Made by a program: the position numbers and the translations under genes. From sequence record SRR2962707_619: a stretch of DNA of 44,589 nt, one strand, 5' to 3'. The notes under the pieces were generated by a model. The model made no database searches. It had not been told where the DNA came from and was given only the letters and a program-made list of their open reading frames with translations. Below, in pieces: positions 1 to 9,407 of the stretch. Each line of letters starts with the position of its first letter. The stretch's first letter is position 1.

Positions 1-1
1 G

Positions 2-286
2 GCTGAAGGTTTCTACGCAGTTCACAAAGAGCGCCCTTTCTTTGGCGAACTTGTTGAATTCATGTGTTCAGGCCCAACTGTTGTTCAGGTTCTTGAAGGC
101 GAAAACGCAGTTCTTAAAAACCGCGAAGTAATGGGTGCGACAAACCCAGCTGATGCTGCTGAAGGCACAATCCGTAAAATGTTTGCTGAATCAATCGGCG
201 AAAATTCTGTTCACGGTTCTGATGCGCCTGAAACAGCTGCTGAAGAAATGGCATTCTGGTTTGCTGGCAACGAAATCGTTGGCTAA
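2..286 (+). CDS. ndk: Nucleoside diphosphate kinase, 5'-truncated by the window edge
   Basis: Frame is open from position 2: [25 protein letters not shown]...GATNP...GTIR...NSVHGSD. These are NDK signature motifs, including the catalytic His in HGSD. Confidence 0.97.
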   Translation, partial: AEGFYAVHKERPFFGELVEFMCSGPTVVQVLEGENAVLKNREVMGATNPADAAEGTIRKMFAESIGENSVHGSDAPETAAEEMAFWFAGNEIVG

Positions 287-312
287 TTAAGATTTGATAT
301 TTTCAATTGAAT

Positions 313-347
313 GGGCCGGACGGCATATGCTGTCCGGCTTATTTTTT
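313..347 (+). terminator. Intrinsic terminator after ndk
   Basis: Hairpin GGGCCGGACGGC-atat-GCTGTCCGGCTT (with G-U pairs) followed by ATTTTTT, 27 nt after the ndk stop. Confidence 0.8.
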
Positions 348-436
348 GCTTGAATTCCCTTAAAAATACTGGTGCAACACTTCTTCAACAAATTTGCTCC
401 ATATTGGGAACAGGTAGCAAATTTATGCGAGGAACG

Positions 437-1111
437 ATGGTCGCAGATGTAAAGACGAGTATTGCGCCTCCACAGGTCGCACATGTCTATCCAACCTATT
501 CAAGCGGTGAAGTTTTCGCCGATGGCATGATCCATTTGATAGGGGTTGTTGGTTCAATCATAGGTTTCTGCATTCTGTTGCCGCAGGCAGCGCTCGCTTC
601 TGTACCGCATTATACGTCACTCGTCGTCTACGGTGTTTGCGTTATCTCGCTGTTTTGCTTTTCTTGCGCTTATCACATGACGCCATGGCCGGAATTTAGG
701 CCGCTTTTGCGCCGCTTTGACCAGTCTGCAATTTTCTTCAAAATTGCTGGCACCTATACACCTTTAGTGTTTTTGGTCGGCTCCACATTTGCATATTCAC
801 TTTTGGCTGTGATTTGGACGACCGCGACTTTAGGCGCTATCGTCAAATTGTTCACCGGTGATCGCCTCAACAAACATACTATTATGATCTATCTGGCCTT
901 GGGCTGGGCAAGTGTGCTGTTGCTCTGGCCGCTTATTGAAATTTTAGAGCCACGCGATATCTGGTTGTTGGTCATCGGCGGATTGCTTTATACAATCGGT
1001 GTTTATTTCCATCAGTCAAAATCGATCAAATACAACAATGCGATTTGGCACGGATTGGTCCTATCGGCGACAATCTGCCATTTTAACGCCATTGCGCATG
1101 CATTTGTGTAG
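437..1111 (+). CDS. Hemolysin III / PAQR-family membrane protein (TrhA/YqfA-like)
   Basis: About 7 hydrophobic segments with family motifs ADGMIH, S.AYH, RRFDQSAIF..IAGTYTP and AIWHGLV. Start moved from 311 to ATG 437, which has GAGG upstream; the longer ORF runs through the ndk terminator. Confidence 0.9.
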   Translation: MVADVKTSIAPPQVAHVYPTYSSGEVFADGMIHLIGVVGSIIGFCILLPQAALASVPHYTSLVVYGVCVISLFCFSCAYHMTPWPEFRPLLRRFDQSAIFFKIAGTYTPLVFLVGSTFAYSLLAVIWTTATLGAIVKLFTGDRLNKHTIMIYLALGWASVLLLWPLIEILEPRDIWLLVIGGLLYTIGVYFHQSKSIKYNNAIWHGLVLSATICHFNAIAHAFV

Positions 1112-1135
1112 GCAAGTTCGTTTAGGTAAGCGCGC

Positions 1136-1612
1136 TTAAGGCGCTTTCTTCCAACGCGCTAGATCTTCTTCATCTTGCGCTTTGGCTTCAATCCATGCGC
1201 CTTTTTCGCCACTGACGAGATGTTCTTTTTTCCAGAACGGCGCATTGGATTTAAGATAATCCATCAGAAAATCGGCTGCTTCAAATGCTGCACGTCGATG
1301 TGCGGATGCTGCAATCACTAGAACAATGTTTTCGCCCGGCTTTATTTTCCCATAGCGGTGAATGATGGTGAGGCCGGTCAAAGACCAGCGCTCCAACGCT
1401 TTGGATGCGATGCTTTCCAATGCGCTCGATGCCATAGCTGGATAATGCTCAAGCTCTAAAGCCTCTAAACGTCCGTCTTCGTCGCGGCAAAGACCGGTGA
1501 AGGTAACGACAGCACCAATGTCTTTGCGCTCTCCCGTCAGTCGCGCAATTTCTGCTCTTAAATCAAAATCTTCGGCTTGAACGCTGATTTTCGCGACTGG
1601 ATGCGTAGGCAT
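1136..1612 (-). CDS. moaE: Molybdopterin synthase catalytic subunit
   Basis: Motifs GAVVTFTG..R, LELEHYP.MA, HRYG, HRRAAFEA and MDYLKS.APFWKKE; abuts moaD. Confidence 0.96.
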   Translation of the reverse strand: MPTHPVAKISVQAEDFDLRAEIARLTGERKDIGAVVTFTGLCRDEDGRLEALELEHYPAMASSALESIASKALERWSLTGLTIIHRYGKIKPGENIVLVIAASAHRRAAFEAADFLMDYLKSNAPFWKKEHLVSGEKGAWIEAKAQDEEDLARWKKAP

Positions 1613-1866
1613 TAGCCACCTGTCATTGGCGGGAAAAGGCCGATTTCTTTGGCGTCGCCAATTATCTCACTGTGGTGGATATGCTCTTGATTGACGGCGA
1701 TGCGGATCGCATCGGCATGCTCTAATGCATAAGCGTAATTGTCGCCGCGCGATGCAAGCCATGCAATCAAATCATCGCCGGTTTTGACGATGGCCGGTAG
1801 GTCGATGTCTTCTTCATCAAGGCCAATGCGCTCACGAACCCACGCGAAATAGACAAGTTTTGTCAT
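1612..1866 (-). CDS. moaD: Molybdopterin synthase sulfur-carrier subunit
   Basis: 84 aa with YFAWVRE at the N-terminus and FPPMTGG at the C-terminus (Gly-Gly end); overlaps pgsA and moaE. Confidence 0.96.
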   Translation of the reverse strand: MTKLVYFAWVRERIGLDEEDIDLPAIVKTGDDLIAWLASRGDNYAYALEHADAIRIAVNQEHIHHSEIIGDAKEIGLFPPMTGG

Positions 1867-2471
1867 GGTGCGTCATCGCCATCGATCACGTGATGAATAC
1901 CAACGCGGAAATAATCCCAGCCGGTGATCAACGTAATGATCGCAGCGACCCAAAGCAGCGTAAGGCCGATTTCAGAAACGTAAGGCACAATCTTATCGCC
2001 AGCTGGACCCGCCAAAAGAAAACCAATGGAAACCATCTGAATGGCCGTTTTCCATTTGGCGAGCTTTGTCACCGGAACGCTGATTTTCAACCCCGCCAAA
2101 TATTCACGCAATCCAGAGACAAGGATTTCGCGGCACAAAATGATTACGCCAGCCCATAATGACCAGCCTGCAATGGAGTCATCAGCGGCAAGCAGTAACA
2201 AAACAACTGCGACCAGTAGCTTGTCAGCAATTGGATCGAGCATTTTGCCAATATTGGAAATTTGCTTCCACTTACGTGCTAAATAACCATCCAAAAAGTC
2301 TGTGAGGCTGGCGATCGTAAAAATGATAAATGCGGCCCAACGCGCCGGATCGCTCGATTGAAGACGGCCTTCAATGAAGAAACAAAACACAATCAAGGGC
2401 ACAGCCAATATTCGACCATAAGTCAAAAGATTAGGGATGGAATATGTGAGCGATTTTTGTTTCGAAGCCAT
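1863..2471 (-). CDS. pgsA: CDP-diacylglycerol--glycerol-3-phosphate 3-phosphatidyltransferase
   Basis: IPNLLT..R, DFLDGYLAR...GKMLDPIADK (CDP-alcohol phosphotransferase motif), REILVSGLRE and AKWKT; typical uvrC-pgsA-moaD context. Confidence 0.95.
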   Translation of the reverse strand: MASKQKSLTYSIPNLLTYGRILAVPLIVFCFFIEGRLQSSDPARWAAFIIFTIASLTDFLDGYLARKWKQISNIGKMLDPIADKLLVAVVLLLLAADDSIAGWSLWAGVIILCREILVSGLREYLAGLKISVPVTKLAKWKTAIQMVSIGFLLAGPAGDKIVPYVSEIGLTLLWVAAIITLITGWDYFRVGIHHVIDGDDAP

Positions 2472-2649
2472 AATAGTTTGCTATCTGGATAGTGCGTTTA
2501 GATCAATACGATTTTAGCACGGTGTTGAGAAGAGTCATAGAATTATAGGGTCTGAGATACGTGCAGCGCACTATATACTAATCATGCAAAGCGACCTAAG
2601 GTTGAATTTATCGCAGATAATGCTTTTGCGATGCATGGGGGACGTAAAT

Positions 2650-2793
2650 ATGAAGAAACTCGCTTCACTCGCACTGTTGAGCCTAATGGGCTTGAGTTTT
2701 GGTGTTCAAGTCGCTTTGGCGCATGGCGGCGGATTAAACAAAGAAGGGTGTCATAATAATCGAAAAACCGGCACTTATCACTGTCATAGGTAG
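2650..2793 (+). CDS. Small secreted YHYH-type His/Cys-rich protein (47 aa)
   Basis: ATG 2650 follows GGGGGAC. Signal peptide MKKLASLALLSLMGLSFGVQVALA is followed by HGGGLNKEGCHNNRKTGTYHCHR, resembling the HxGxxxxxGCH...YHCH (YHYH-alt) module. Confidence 0.8.
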   Translation: MKKLASLALLSLMGLSFGVQVALAHGGGLNKEGCHNNRKTGTYHCHR

Positions 2794-2803
2794 CTAGCTC
2801 GGC

Positions 2804-4813
2804 TTACCGCCCATCGCCTTGAAAGTGGTCATAGATCAGTTTCGCCATGGCTTCTGAAATACCTTCGACTTTTGACAGATCAGTGAGCGGCGCGCGGGCA
2901 ACGGCCTTTGCGGTGCCGAAGTGATGGAGCAAAGCGCGTTTGCGCGATGGGCCGATACCGTCAATCTCATCAAGCGGATTGCGCACCATCTCTTTTTTGC
3001 GTTTGGCGCGGTGTGTGCCAATGGCAAATCTATGGGCTTCATCGCGCAGGCGCTGCGTGAAATAAAGCACCGGATCGCGCGGCGGTAGGCTAAAATCTGT
3101 TTTTCCATGCATGAAAAAGCGCTCACGGCCCGCATCGCGGTCTGGGCCCTTGGCAACGCCGATGAGATCAATCACATCTTCAATGCCCATCTCTTTGACG
3201 ATTTCGCGCACTGCATTGAGCTGACCAAGGCCACCATCAATCAGCAGCAAATCTGGCCATGCGGGCAGGGCATCATCTTCGGCGTTCTCTTCAGTTTTTT
3301 CTGCAGAGCGGTCCGGAATGCCATGTTCTTTGACCAAACGCGCAAAGCGGCGCTCCATGACCTCTTTCATCATGCCAAAGTCATCGCCCGGCGTGATTTC
3401 GGTCGAGCGAATGTTAAACTTGCGATATTGGTTTTTCACAAACCCTTCTGGCCCAGCGACAATCATCGCGCCAACCGCGTTCGTGCCCATAATGTGCGAG
3501 TTATCGAACACTTCTATACGGCGCGGCACACGCGCAAGGCCGAAGGTCTCCGCAAGACCTTTGAGCAAGCGGCTTTGAGATGAGGTTTCAGCCAAGCGTC
3601 GTCCCAACGCTTCTTTGGCGTTGGAAAGCGCATGGGTGACAAGATCGCGCTTCTCACCGCGTTGAGGCGTATTAATCGTCACTTTGCGTTCAGCGCGCAG
3701 CGTAAAGGCTTCTTCCAAAAGCCTTGCATCCTCTATTTCATGAGAGAGCAGGATTAAGCGCGGGCTAGGCTTGTCATCATAGAACTGTGAGAGAAACGCG
3801 CCGAGCACTTCAGCTGGCTCCAGCGTTCCATCAGCGCGCGGAAAATAGGAGCGATTGCCCCAGTTTTGCCCTGTGCGGAAGAAAAACACCTGAATGCAAT
3901 TTGTGCCGCCTTCTTGATGGATGGCAAAAACATCGGCTTCTTCCACGCCCTGCGGATTAATGCCCTGATGCGATTGCACATTAGTCAGCGCTGAAATGCG
4001 GTCGCGATAAAGCGCCGCCCGTTCAAAATCCAATTCATCGGACGCTGCTTGCATTGTTCGTGCCATTGTTTGCTGCACGGCTTGGCTTTTGCCAGACAGA
4101 AAGTCGTTTGCCTCGGAAACAAGCGCACTGTAATTTTCAAGCGAGATTTCGCCTGTGCAAGGGCCAGCGCAGCGCTTGATTTGATAGAGCAGGCAAGGGC
4201 GCGTGCGGCTCTCATAAACACTGTCAGTACAGGTGCGCAGAAGGAACGCCCGCTGCAGCGAATTGATCGTACGTGTGACAGCACCAGCTGACGCGAACGG
4301 GCCGAAATATTTGCCCTTTTTAGATTGTGCGCCGCGATGCTTAAAAAGCCCCGGTGCCTCGTGGTCGCCTGTGACCAAGATATAGGGAAAGCTCTTATCA
4401 TCGCGCAGAAGCACGTTAAACTTAGGCCGCAAGCGCTTGATAAGATTCGCCTCCAGCAGCAGCGCTTCAGTCTCGCTGCGGGTCGTCACGAACTCCATTG
4501 AGGCGGTTTCACGGATCATCCGCGCAATACGGTTGGTGTGCCCCCCATGACGGCCATAGCTGGTGACGCGGTTTTTAAGCGACTTTGCTTTGCCCACATA
4601 AAGCACATCGCCGGTCTTGTTAAACATGCGATAAACACCGGGCTTTTTGGGCAGGCGTTTGACATAAGCGTTGATTAAATCGCTGCCGGTCAGCGTAGTT
4701 TCGATGCTCTCATCGACTTCCCATTTGATGTCAGCCAGACGCGTGTCAATCAACGTTGGCTCGCCGGCCAAATCGTCGTCATCATCTGCATCAATTATAT
4801 CATCTGGAATCAT
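2804..4813 (-). CDS. uvrC: Excinuclease ABC subunit C
   Basis: GIY-YIG domain (PGVYRM...LYVGKAK), Cys cluster (RTC...RPCL.YQIKRC..PC), UVR motif, RNase H-like domain ([15 protein letters not shown]) and C-terminal HhH (IDGIGP). Confidence 0.98.
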   Translation of the reverse strand: MIPDDIIDADDDDDLAGEPTLIDTRLADIKWEVDESIETTLTGSDLINAYVKRLPKKPGVYRMFNKTGDVLYVGKAKSLKNRVTSYGRHGGHTNRIARMIRETASMEFVTTRSETEALLLEANLIKRLRPKFNVLLRDDKSFPYILVTGDHEAPGLFKHRGAQSKKGKYFGPFASAGAVTRTINSLQRAFLLRTCTDSVYESRTRPCLLYQIKRCAGPCTGEISLENYSALVSEANDFLSGKSQAVQQTMARTMQAASDELDFERAALYRDRISALTNVQSHQGINPQGVEEADVFAIHQEGGTNCIQVFFFRTGQNWGNRSYFPRADGTLEPAEVLGAFLSQFYDDKPSPRLILLSHEIEDARLLEEAFTLRAERKVTINTPQRGEKRDLVTHALSNAKEALGRRLAETSSQSRLLKGLAETFGLARVPRRIEVFDNSHIMGTNAVGAMIVAGPEGFVKNQYRKFNIRSTEITPGDDFGMMKEVMERRFARLVKEHGIPDRSAEKTEENAEDDALPAWPDLLLIDGGLGQLNAVREIVKEMGIEDVIDLIGVAKGPDRDAGRERFFMHGKTDFSLPPRDPVLYFTQRLRDEAHRFAIGTHRAKRKKEMVRNPLDEIDGIGPSRKRALLHHFGTAKAVARAPLTDLSKVEGISEAMAKLIYDHFQGDGR

Positions 4814-4820
4814 AGCGCTA

Positions 4821-4849
4821 ATATGGGCGCTAAGCGCGCCAGCATCAAT
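4821..4849 (-). promoter_or_regulatory. Candidate sigma32-type (RpoH) promoter directly before uvrC
   Basis: Minus strand reads ATTGAT-N16-CCCATAT, then 7 nt, then the uvrC ATG. It resembles CTTGAA-N15/16-CC(C/T)ATAT with two -35 mismatches. Confidence 0.3.
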
Positions 4850-4857
4850 CCTGACAT

Positions 4858-5616
4858 TTATTCTTTCGCATTTGTGTCAGGCGTTTTCCAAGCAAGGTGC
4901 TGACCGCCATCAAGTGCAATCATTTGACCCGTGACAGATTTTGCGTCCCATAAATAGCGAATTGTCGCGCCAAATTCGTCAAGCTCAGGGCCTGCCTTTA
5001 AAATCAGAGCATCAGTCTGCCGCGCTAAATCATCATCATTTTGACGGTCATTTTTCAAAGTCGGACCGGGGCCAATGGCGTTGACGCGCACATCAGGACC
5101 CAAAGCTTGAGCCATTGTTTGGGTTGCTGTCCAAAGAGCCGATTTAGATAGGGTGTAGGAAACAAAGGTCGGGTTGAGCCGCCAAACGCGCTGGTCGATA
5201 ATGTTGACGACAAGGCGTTGGTTCTCGGATTTGATTTTAGCAAATTCACTGGTCATGAAAACCGGCGCTTTCACATGTAAATCAAAATGCGCGTCCCATA
5301 GGTCTTCGTCTAAATTTTCAATGTCATCTGGTTTAAAAACAGAGGCATTGTTGACCAATATATCAAGACCGCCCGTCATTTCTTGGGCAGTTGATATCAG
5401 CGCCTTTGCCGCGTTCAAATTGCTTAAATCCGCCTGTAATACGTGGGCTTGCCCGCCATTTTCTCTGATGGCAATGGCCAGTTCCTGCGCTTCATCGGTT
5501 GAACTATTGGCATGAATGCAAACGCCATAACCATGCGCAGCAAGATCCAGCGCAATCGCGCGTCCGACACGCACTGCGCCGCCAGTAATAAGGGCATTTA
5601 CGCGTTTTTGCGACAT
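4858..5616 (-). CDS. SDR-family oxidoreductase (pteridine reductase/FolM-like)
   Basis: [19 protein letters not shown] (YxxxK) and [11 protein letters not shown]. Start set at ATG 5616, which has GGGAG upstream. Confidence 0.9.
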   Translation of the reverse strand: MSQKRVNALITGGAVRVGRAIALDLAAHGYGVCIHANSSTDEAQELAIAIRENGGQAHVLQADLSNLNAAKALISTAQEMTGGLDILVNNASVFKPDDIENLDEDLWDAHFDLHVKAPVFMTSEFAKIKSENQRLVVNIIDQRVWRLNPTFVSYTLSKSALWTATQTMAQALGPDVRVNAIGPGPTLKNDRQNDDDLARQTDALILKAGPELDEFGATIRYLWDAKSVTGQMIALDGGQHLAWKTPDTNAKE

Positions 5617-5634
5617 GGGAACTCCCAAATAGCG

Positions 5635-6585
5635 TTAAAAGACTGAGACGATATAGGCGCCATAGGCAACGAGCATGGCCGCCCCCAAGGCGCGTCCTGT
5701 TTTGATTTTAGCAAAGCAAATAAACAGCAATAGAAAAGCGACAGCGAGCATGACCCACATATCATAGGTTCTAATCGCTTCTGCGACAGGAACAGGGATA
5801 ACCATGCCTGTAATGCCCATAATCGCACCGATGTTGAAAATATTCGAACCAATAATGTTGCCGAAGGCGACATCGCCATTTTTGCGCAAGGCAGCGATAA
5901 ATGATGTTGCAAGTTCAGGAAGAGACGTTCCGATTGCTACAATCGTCAAACCAATGGCCGCGTCCGAAACGCCAAAAGCTTTAGCGATGCCCGATGCGCC
6001 CTCAACAGTAAAATGGGCTGCGATAGGAAGCCCAATAAGGCCGCCGATGAGAAACACAGCGATGATGCCGATAGAGTGCGGCGCGTCGCCAATGTCATCA
6101 TGATAATCGGGTAGTTCTTCGCCGCTGCCAGCTGTTGCGGAGCGTGAGCGTATAAATTGGGCGGCAATATAGGCAATTAGACCGGCGAACAAAATTGCGC
6201 CTTCTACAAAGGTCAGCACACCGTCATTCATCATCCACATAAAGACCAGCGTAAAGATGAGCATGACCGCGACATTGCGCGCCAATCCTGGCTGATTAGC
6301 GGGTATGGCTGTAATCAGCGCTGGCGCGCCCATGACGAGCAATATGTTGGCGATATTAGAGCCAACCACATTGCCCACAGCGATGTCTGGAACGCCGCCC
6401 AATGCGGACTGCAATGAGATCACCAATTCGGGTGCGGATGTACCAAAGGCAACGATGGTCAAACCAATGACCATCGATGGAATTTTAAATATTTCGGCAA
6501 GCCCCACAGCGCCCTTAACGAGAAAATCACCTGCAAAAACAAGCAATATAAGGCCGCCAAGGAGCATGAAAATGTCAAAAAACAT
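5635..6585 (-). CDS. Calcium/sodium antiporter (YrbG/CaCA family)
   Basis: Two internal alpha repeats, GLTIVAFGTSAPE...GNVVGSNIAN and GLTIVAIGTSLPE...GNIIGSNIFN; about 10 TM segments. Confidence 0.93.
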   Translation of the reverse strand: MFFDIFMLLGGLILLVFAGDFLVKGAVGLAEIFKIPSMVIGLTIVAFGTSAPELVISLQSALGGVPDIAVGNVVGSNIANILLVMGAPALITAIPANQPGLARNVAVMLIFTLVFMWMMNDGVLTFVEGAILFAGLIAYIAAQFIRSRSATAGSGEELPDYHDDIGDAPHSIGIIAVFLIGGLIGLPIAAHFTVEGASGIAKAFGVSDAAIGLTIVAIGTSLPELATSFIAALRKNGDVAFGNIIGSNIFNIGAIMGITGMVIPVPVAEAIRTYDMWVMLAVAFLLLFICFAKIKTGRALGAAMLVAYGAYIVSVF

Positions 6586-6620
6586 AAATATCGCCGAACT
6601 GAGTTCAAAAGGTAACGTTT

Positions 6621-6648
6621 ATATAGGAGCGCTTTGCGTGGATTCCAG
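6621..6648 (-). promoter_or_regulatory. Candidate sigma32-type (RpoH) promoter upstream of the antiporter-SDR-uvrC genes
   Basis: Minus strand reads CTGGAA-N15-CCTATAT, one mismatch from the rhizobial RpoH1 consensus CTTGAA-N15/16-CCTATAT. It overlaps a GANTC site. Confidence 0.4.
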
Positions 6649-6660
6649 CCAAACGTCGTT

Positions 6661-7260
6661 TTATTGAGACTTTAGTTCGCCATATTGGGGAAACGCTTCT
6701 GCGAAACGCTGTTCAAATTTACGCAATTTGGCGCGGCCACGGCGCCAGTTGAGATCAGGGAAGCGCAAATCGGCATAGGCAAGGGCAGCAGCGACGGCAA
6801 ATTGGCCACCATTGAGCTTGCCGCGAACCGGCGTCAGATTTGCTTCTAACCAATCAAAGGCGCGCGTTGCTTTATCCATCTGCCGATCAAGAACATCTTG
6901 GTGGACTTTTTCTTCAGGGCGGGTGCGGCGCTCATAAACCTGCGCAAGTAGCGCATCGCAAAGACCGTCAGCTGCAGCCTCAAGCCGCTCTGCGGCACGG
7001 CGCTTATCGCCATTGCGTGGATAGAGGATCTTGCCGCTCATGCGATCAAGCTCTTGCATGATCGCGCGGCTATCAAAAACGCCTTCGCCATCATCAAGCA
7101 CAAGCGTTGGAATTTTGCCCAGTGGATTGGCGCTGAGCAATTCTGCCGGATTTTCAGAAGGGTTGGACAATACGCCGTCGATTTTCAGATCAGCATAGGC
7201 CGCAGCCATGCGCACTTTGGCGCTGTAGGGAGAGGCGGGAGAATAAAAAATCTTTGGCAT
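6661..7260 (-). CDS. Glutathione S-transferase family protein
   Basis: YSPASPYSAKVR, NPLGKIPTL and FDSRAI are GST N-terminal domain motifs. Confidence 0.92.
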   Translation of the reverse strand: MPKIFYSPASPYSAKVRMAAAYADLKIDGVLSNPSENPAELLSANPLGKIPTLVLDDGEGVFDSRAIMQELDRMSGKILYPRNGDKRRAAERLEAAADGLCDALLAQVYERRTRPEEKVHQDVLDRQMDKATRAFDWLEANLTPVRGKLNGGQFAVAAALAYADLRFPDLNWRRGRAKLRKFEQRFAEAFPQYGELKSQ

Positions 7261-7279
7261 TTTGGTTCCTAACTGAGGG

Positions 7280-7957
7280 CTACTTTAAAGGCGCAACGGC
7301 CATTGCGCGGCTGTTGCATTGATTGGCGTCTACTTCGGGGCAATTGACGAAGCTTTCAAGGTCTTTGCTCATACAAATGCGCACATCCCGCAGATAATTG
7401 CGATTACATGTGGTCGCGATAGCACCTGACGTAAGGGCGCTGTTTTCGGCTTGAAACAGTTTTTCAACCGCTTGCGGTGACACGGTTTTTGTTTCGCGCA
7501 AGCCGATAAAACTTGGCGGCGTTTTTACACGATCATAAGCAGCGCGAACCACGCCGAAATATTGTTCTTGGGACAGGCCGCTACAGGTGCCGTGTTTGCG
7601 CCATTCATGTCTGATGAGACCAGCGCTCGGCATAATATCAATTATCGATGCGATGACGCTGTTATCAACCTTGTCGCCGTAAGATGATGCGCAATCAGCC
7701 GGATAGCCGCGCTTAAATTGCGGCCATAGTCCATGAACGATGAACTGATAGGGGCGGCGGGCTGCGCATTGGGTCTGGTCGGCATTTGAGCCTTCCGAAG
7801 CGCAATAGCCTGGAGACCAAGACAGCGCCAGCACATAAAAGTCAAAGCCTGCGCCAATCGCAATGCCACTATCTTGAACGGGAGTTTCGCTTTGAGGCAA
7901 ACAGGCGCTGACTGCCATAAGCATCGCACATGCGAAAATGGCAGCGAGCGGCCTCAT
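7280..7957 (-). CDS. Ribonuclease T2 family protein, probable lipoprotein
   Basis: FYVLALSWSP..C, CAS-I FIVHGLWP and CAS-II HEWRKHGTC; the N-terminal signal ends in a lipobox-like AVSAC. Confidence 0.93.
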   Translation of the reverse strand: MRPLAAIFACAMLMAVSACLPQSETPVQDSGIAIGAGFDFYVLALSWSPGYCASEGSNADQTQCAARRPYQFIVHGLWPQFKRGYPADCASSYGDKVDNSVIASIIDIMPSAGLIRHEWRKHGTCSGLSQEQYFGVVRAAYDRVKTPPSFIGLRETKTVSPQAVEKLFQAENSALTSGAIATTCNRNYLRDVRICMSKDLESFVNCPEVDANQCNSRAMAVAPLK

Positions 7958-8814
7958 TTTTCGTCCACCAATGTATCAATGCTAAATGAGCCAGAACCCG
8001 GTGAGACTTCAAATAACTTCGAAAGCCAAGGCAATAGAACGGTGAGTTCTTGCTTCAGCGTGTAAGGCGGATTGATGATAATCATACCAGTGCCGATGAA
8101 TTTTGCCTCATCGCTTGGCTTATCGATCATCAAATGCACATCAAGCGTGTGATCAAGATCAAGTAATGTGACTTCTTGGGCAAAGCGGCGCGTGAGAGGA
8201 ATATCCTTGATCGGATACCAAATCATATAAGTGCCGGTGGCAAAGCGCTTATGGGCCTCTTTAATGCCCGTCAAAATGGCATCAAATTCGTCCCACCTTT
8301 CAAACGGTGGATCAACCAAAATAATGCCGCGTTTTTCCTTTGGCGGCACTTGTGCCTTGAGCGCAATCCACGCATCCAGAAAATGCGTCTTAGTGCCTTT
8401 AGCGCGTTTAAATTCCAGTTCTAGGCTTTCGTAATCTTCTTCATGCAGTTCGCACATCGACAAGCGATCATCGCGGCGCATGGAGAAATAGGCGATCAGC
8501 GGAGATCCGGGATATTGGGTCAAATCACCGCCCATATTGAGGTCTTTGACGATGGTGGAAAATGGCGCCGTGAGCGCTTTGACATCGTCAGGCGCAGTTG
8601 ACTCAGATGCCCAGAACTTTGTGATACCTTGCTCATATTCCAAGGTTTTTTGCGCTTCAACGCTGGTTAAATCATAGCGGCCAATACCCGCGTGGGTATC
8701 GAGCAAAAAGAATGGTGCGTCCTTGCGTTTAAAGTAGGCAATGACGCGCGATAAAATGATGTGTTTGACGACATCGGCGAAATTGCCTGCATGATAGGCG
8801 TGCCGATAATTCAT
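7954..8814 (-). CDS. rlmJ: 23S rRNA (adenine(2030)-N6)-methyltransferase
   Basis: [42 protein letters not shown] and INPPY. Confidence 0.96.
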   Translation of the reverse strand: MNYRHAYHAGNFADVVKHIILSRVIAYFKRKDAPFFLLDTHAGIGRYDLTSVEAQKTLEYEQGITKFWASESTAPDDVKALTAPFSTIVKDLNMGGDLTQYPGSPLIAYFSMRRDDRLSMCELHEEDYESLELEFKRAKGTKTHFLDAWIALKAQVPPKEKRGIILVDPPFERWDEFDAILTGIKEAHKRFATGTYMIWYPIKDIPLTRRFAQEVTLLDLDHTLDVHLMIDKPSDEAKFIGTGMIIINPPYTLKQELTVLLPWLSKLFEVSPGSGSFSIDTLVDEK

Positions 8815-9407
8815 GTGTTTTCACTCAAAATTGTATGGATGGTTTGGCGTAGCGCAGCAGGGTAGAGCATATGCTCTTGCTCTAAAACACGCTTCGTCAA
8901 AGTGTCTTCTGTGTCGCCATCAACAATAGGCACACGCGCTTGCGCAATCACGGGCCCTTCATCCATGCCAGCGGTGACATAATGCACAGTGCAGCCATGT
9001 TCACTATCGCCAGCTTCTAAGGCGCGCAAATGGGTGTCTAGGCCTTTATGCTTTGGCAAGAGTGAGGGGTGAATGTTGATAATCCGCTGAGGCCATTTGT
9101 CGATGAATTCACCGCTAATCAAACGCATGAAGCCAGCCAAGCAGATGATTTCAGTGCCCCATGCGATCAACTGCGCATGGATAGCATCTTCGTGCTCAGC
9201 TTTTGAGCCATAGGCTTTGCGTTCAAACGCAGCCGTTGCAATGCCCATGTCATTGGCCAGCGCCAAGCCGCCTGCATCTGCCATGTCAGCCAATACGCCA
9301 ACCACTTCAGCAGGAAAGTCAGTCTCAGCGATGACCTTGCAAAGCGCAACCATGTTTGAGCCTCGCCCTGAGATCAGGATAGCGACTTTCATTTTGCGCT
9401 CAGTCAA
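8811..9407 (-). CDS. purN: Phosphoribosylglycinamide formyltransferase
   Basis: [24 protein letters not shown] and HGCTVHYV...DEGP. Start is either TTG 9407 or ATG 9392. Confidence 0.97.
   Translation of the reverse strand: MTERKMKVAILISGRGSNMVALCKVIAETDFPAEVVGVLADMADAGGLALANDMGIATAAFERKAYGSKAEHEDAIHAQLIAWGTEIICLAGFMRLISGEFIDKWPQRIINIHPSLLPKHKGLDTHLRALEAGDSEHGCTVHYVTAGMDEGPVIAQARVPIVDGDTEDTLTKRVLEQEHMLYPAALRQTIHTILSENT

Noticed and set aside
437..1111. Hemolysin virulence factor
   Set aside because: HlyIII/PAQR proteins are widespread membrane-homeostasis proteins, so the family name is not evidence of toxicity.
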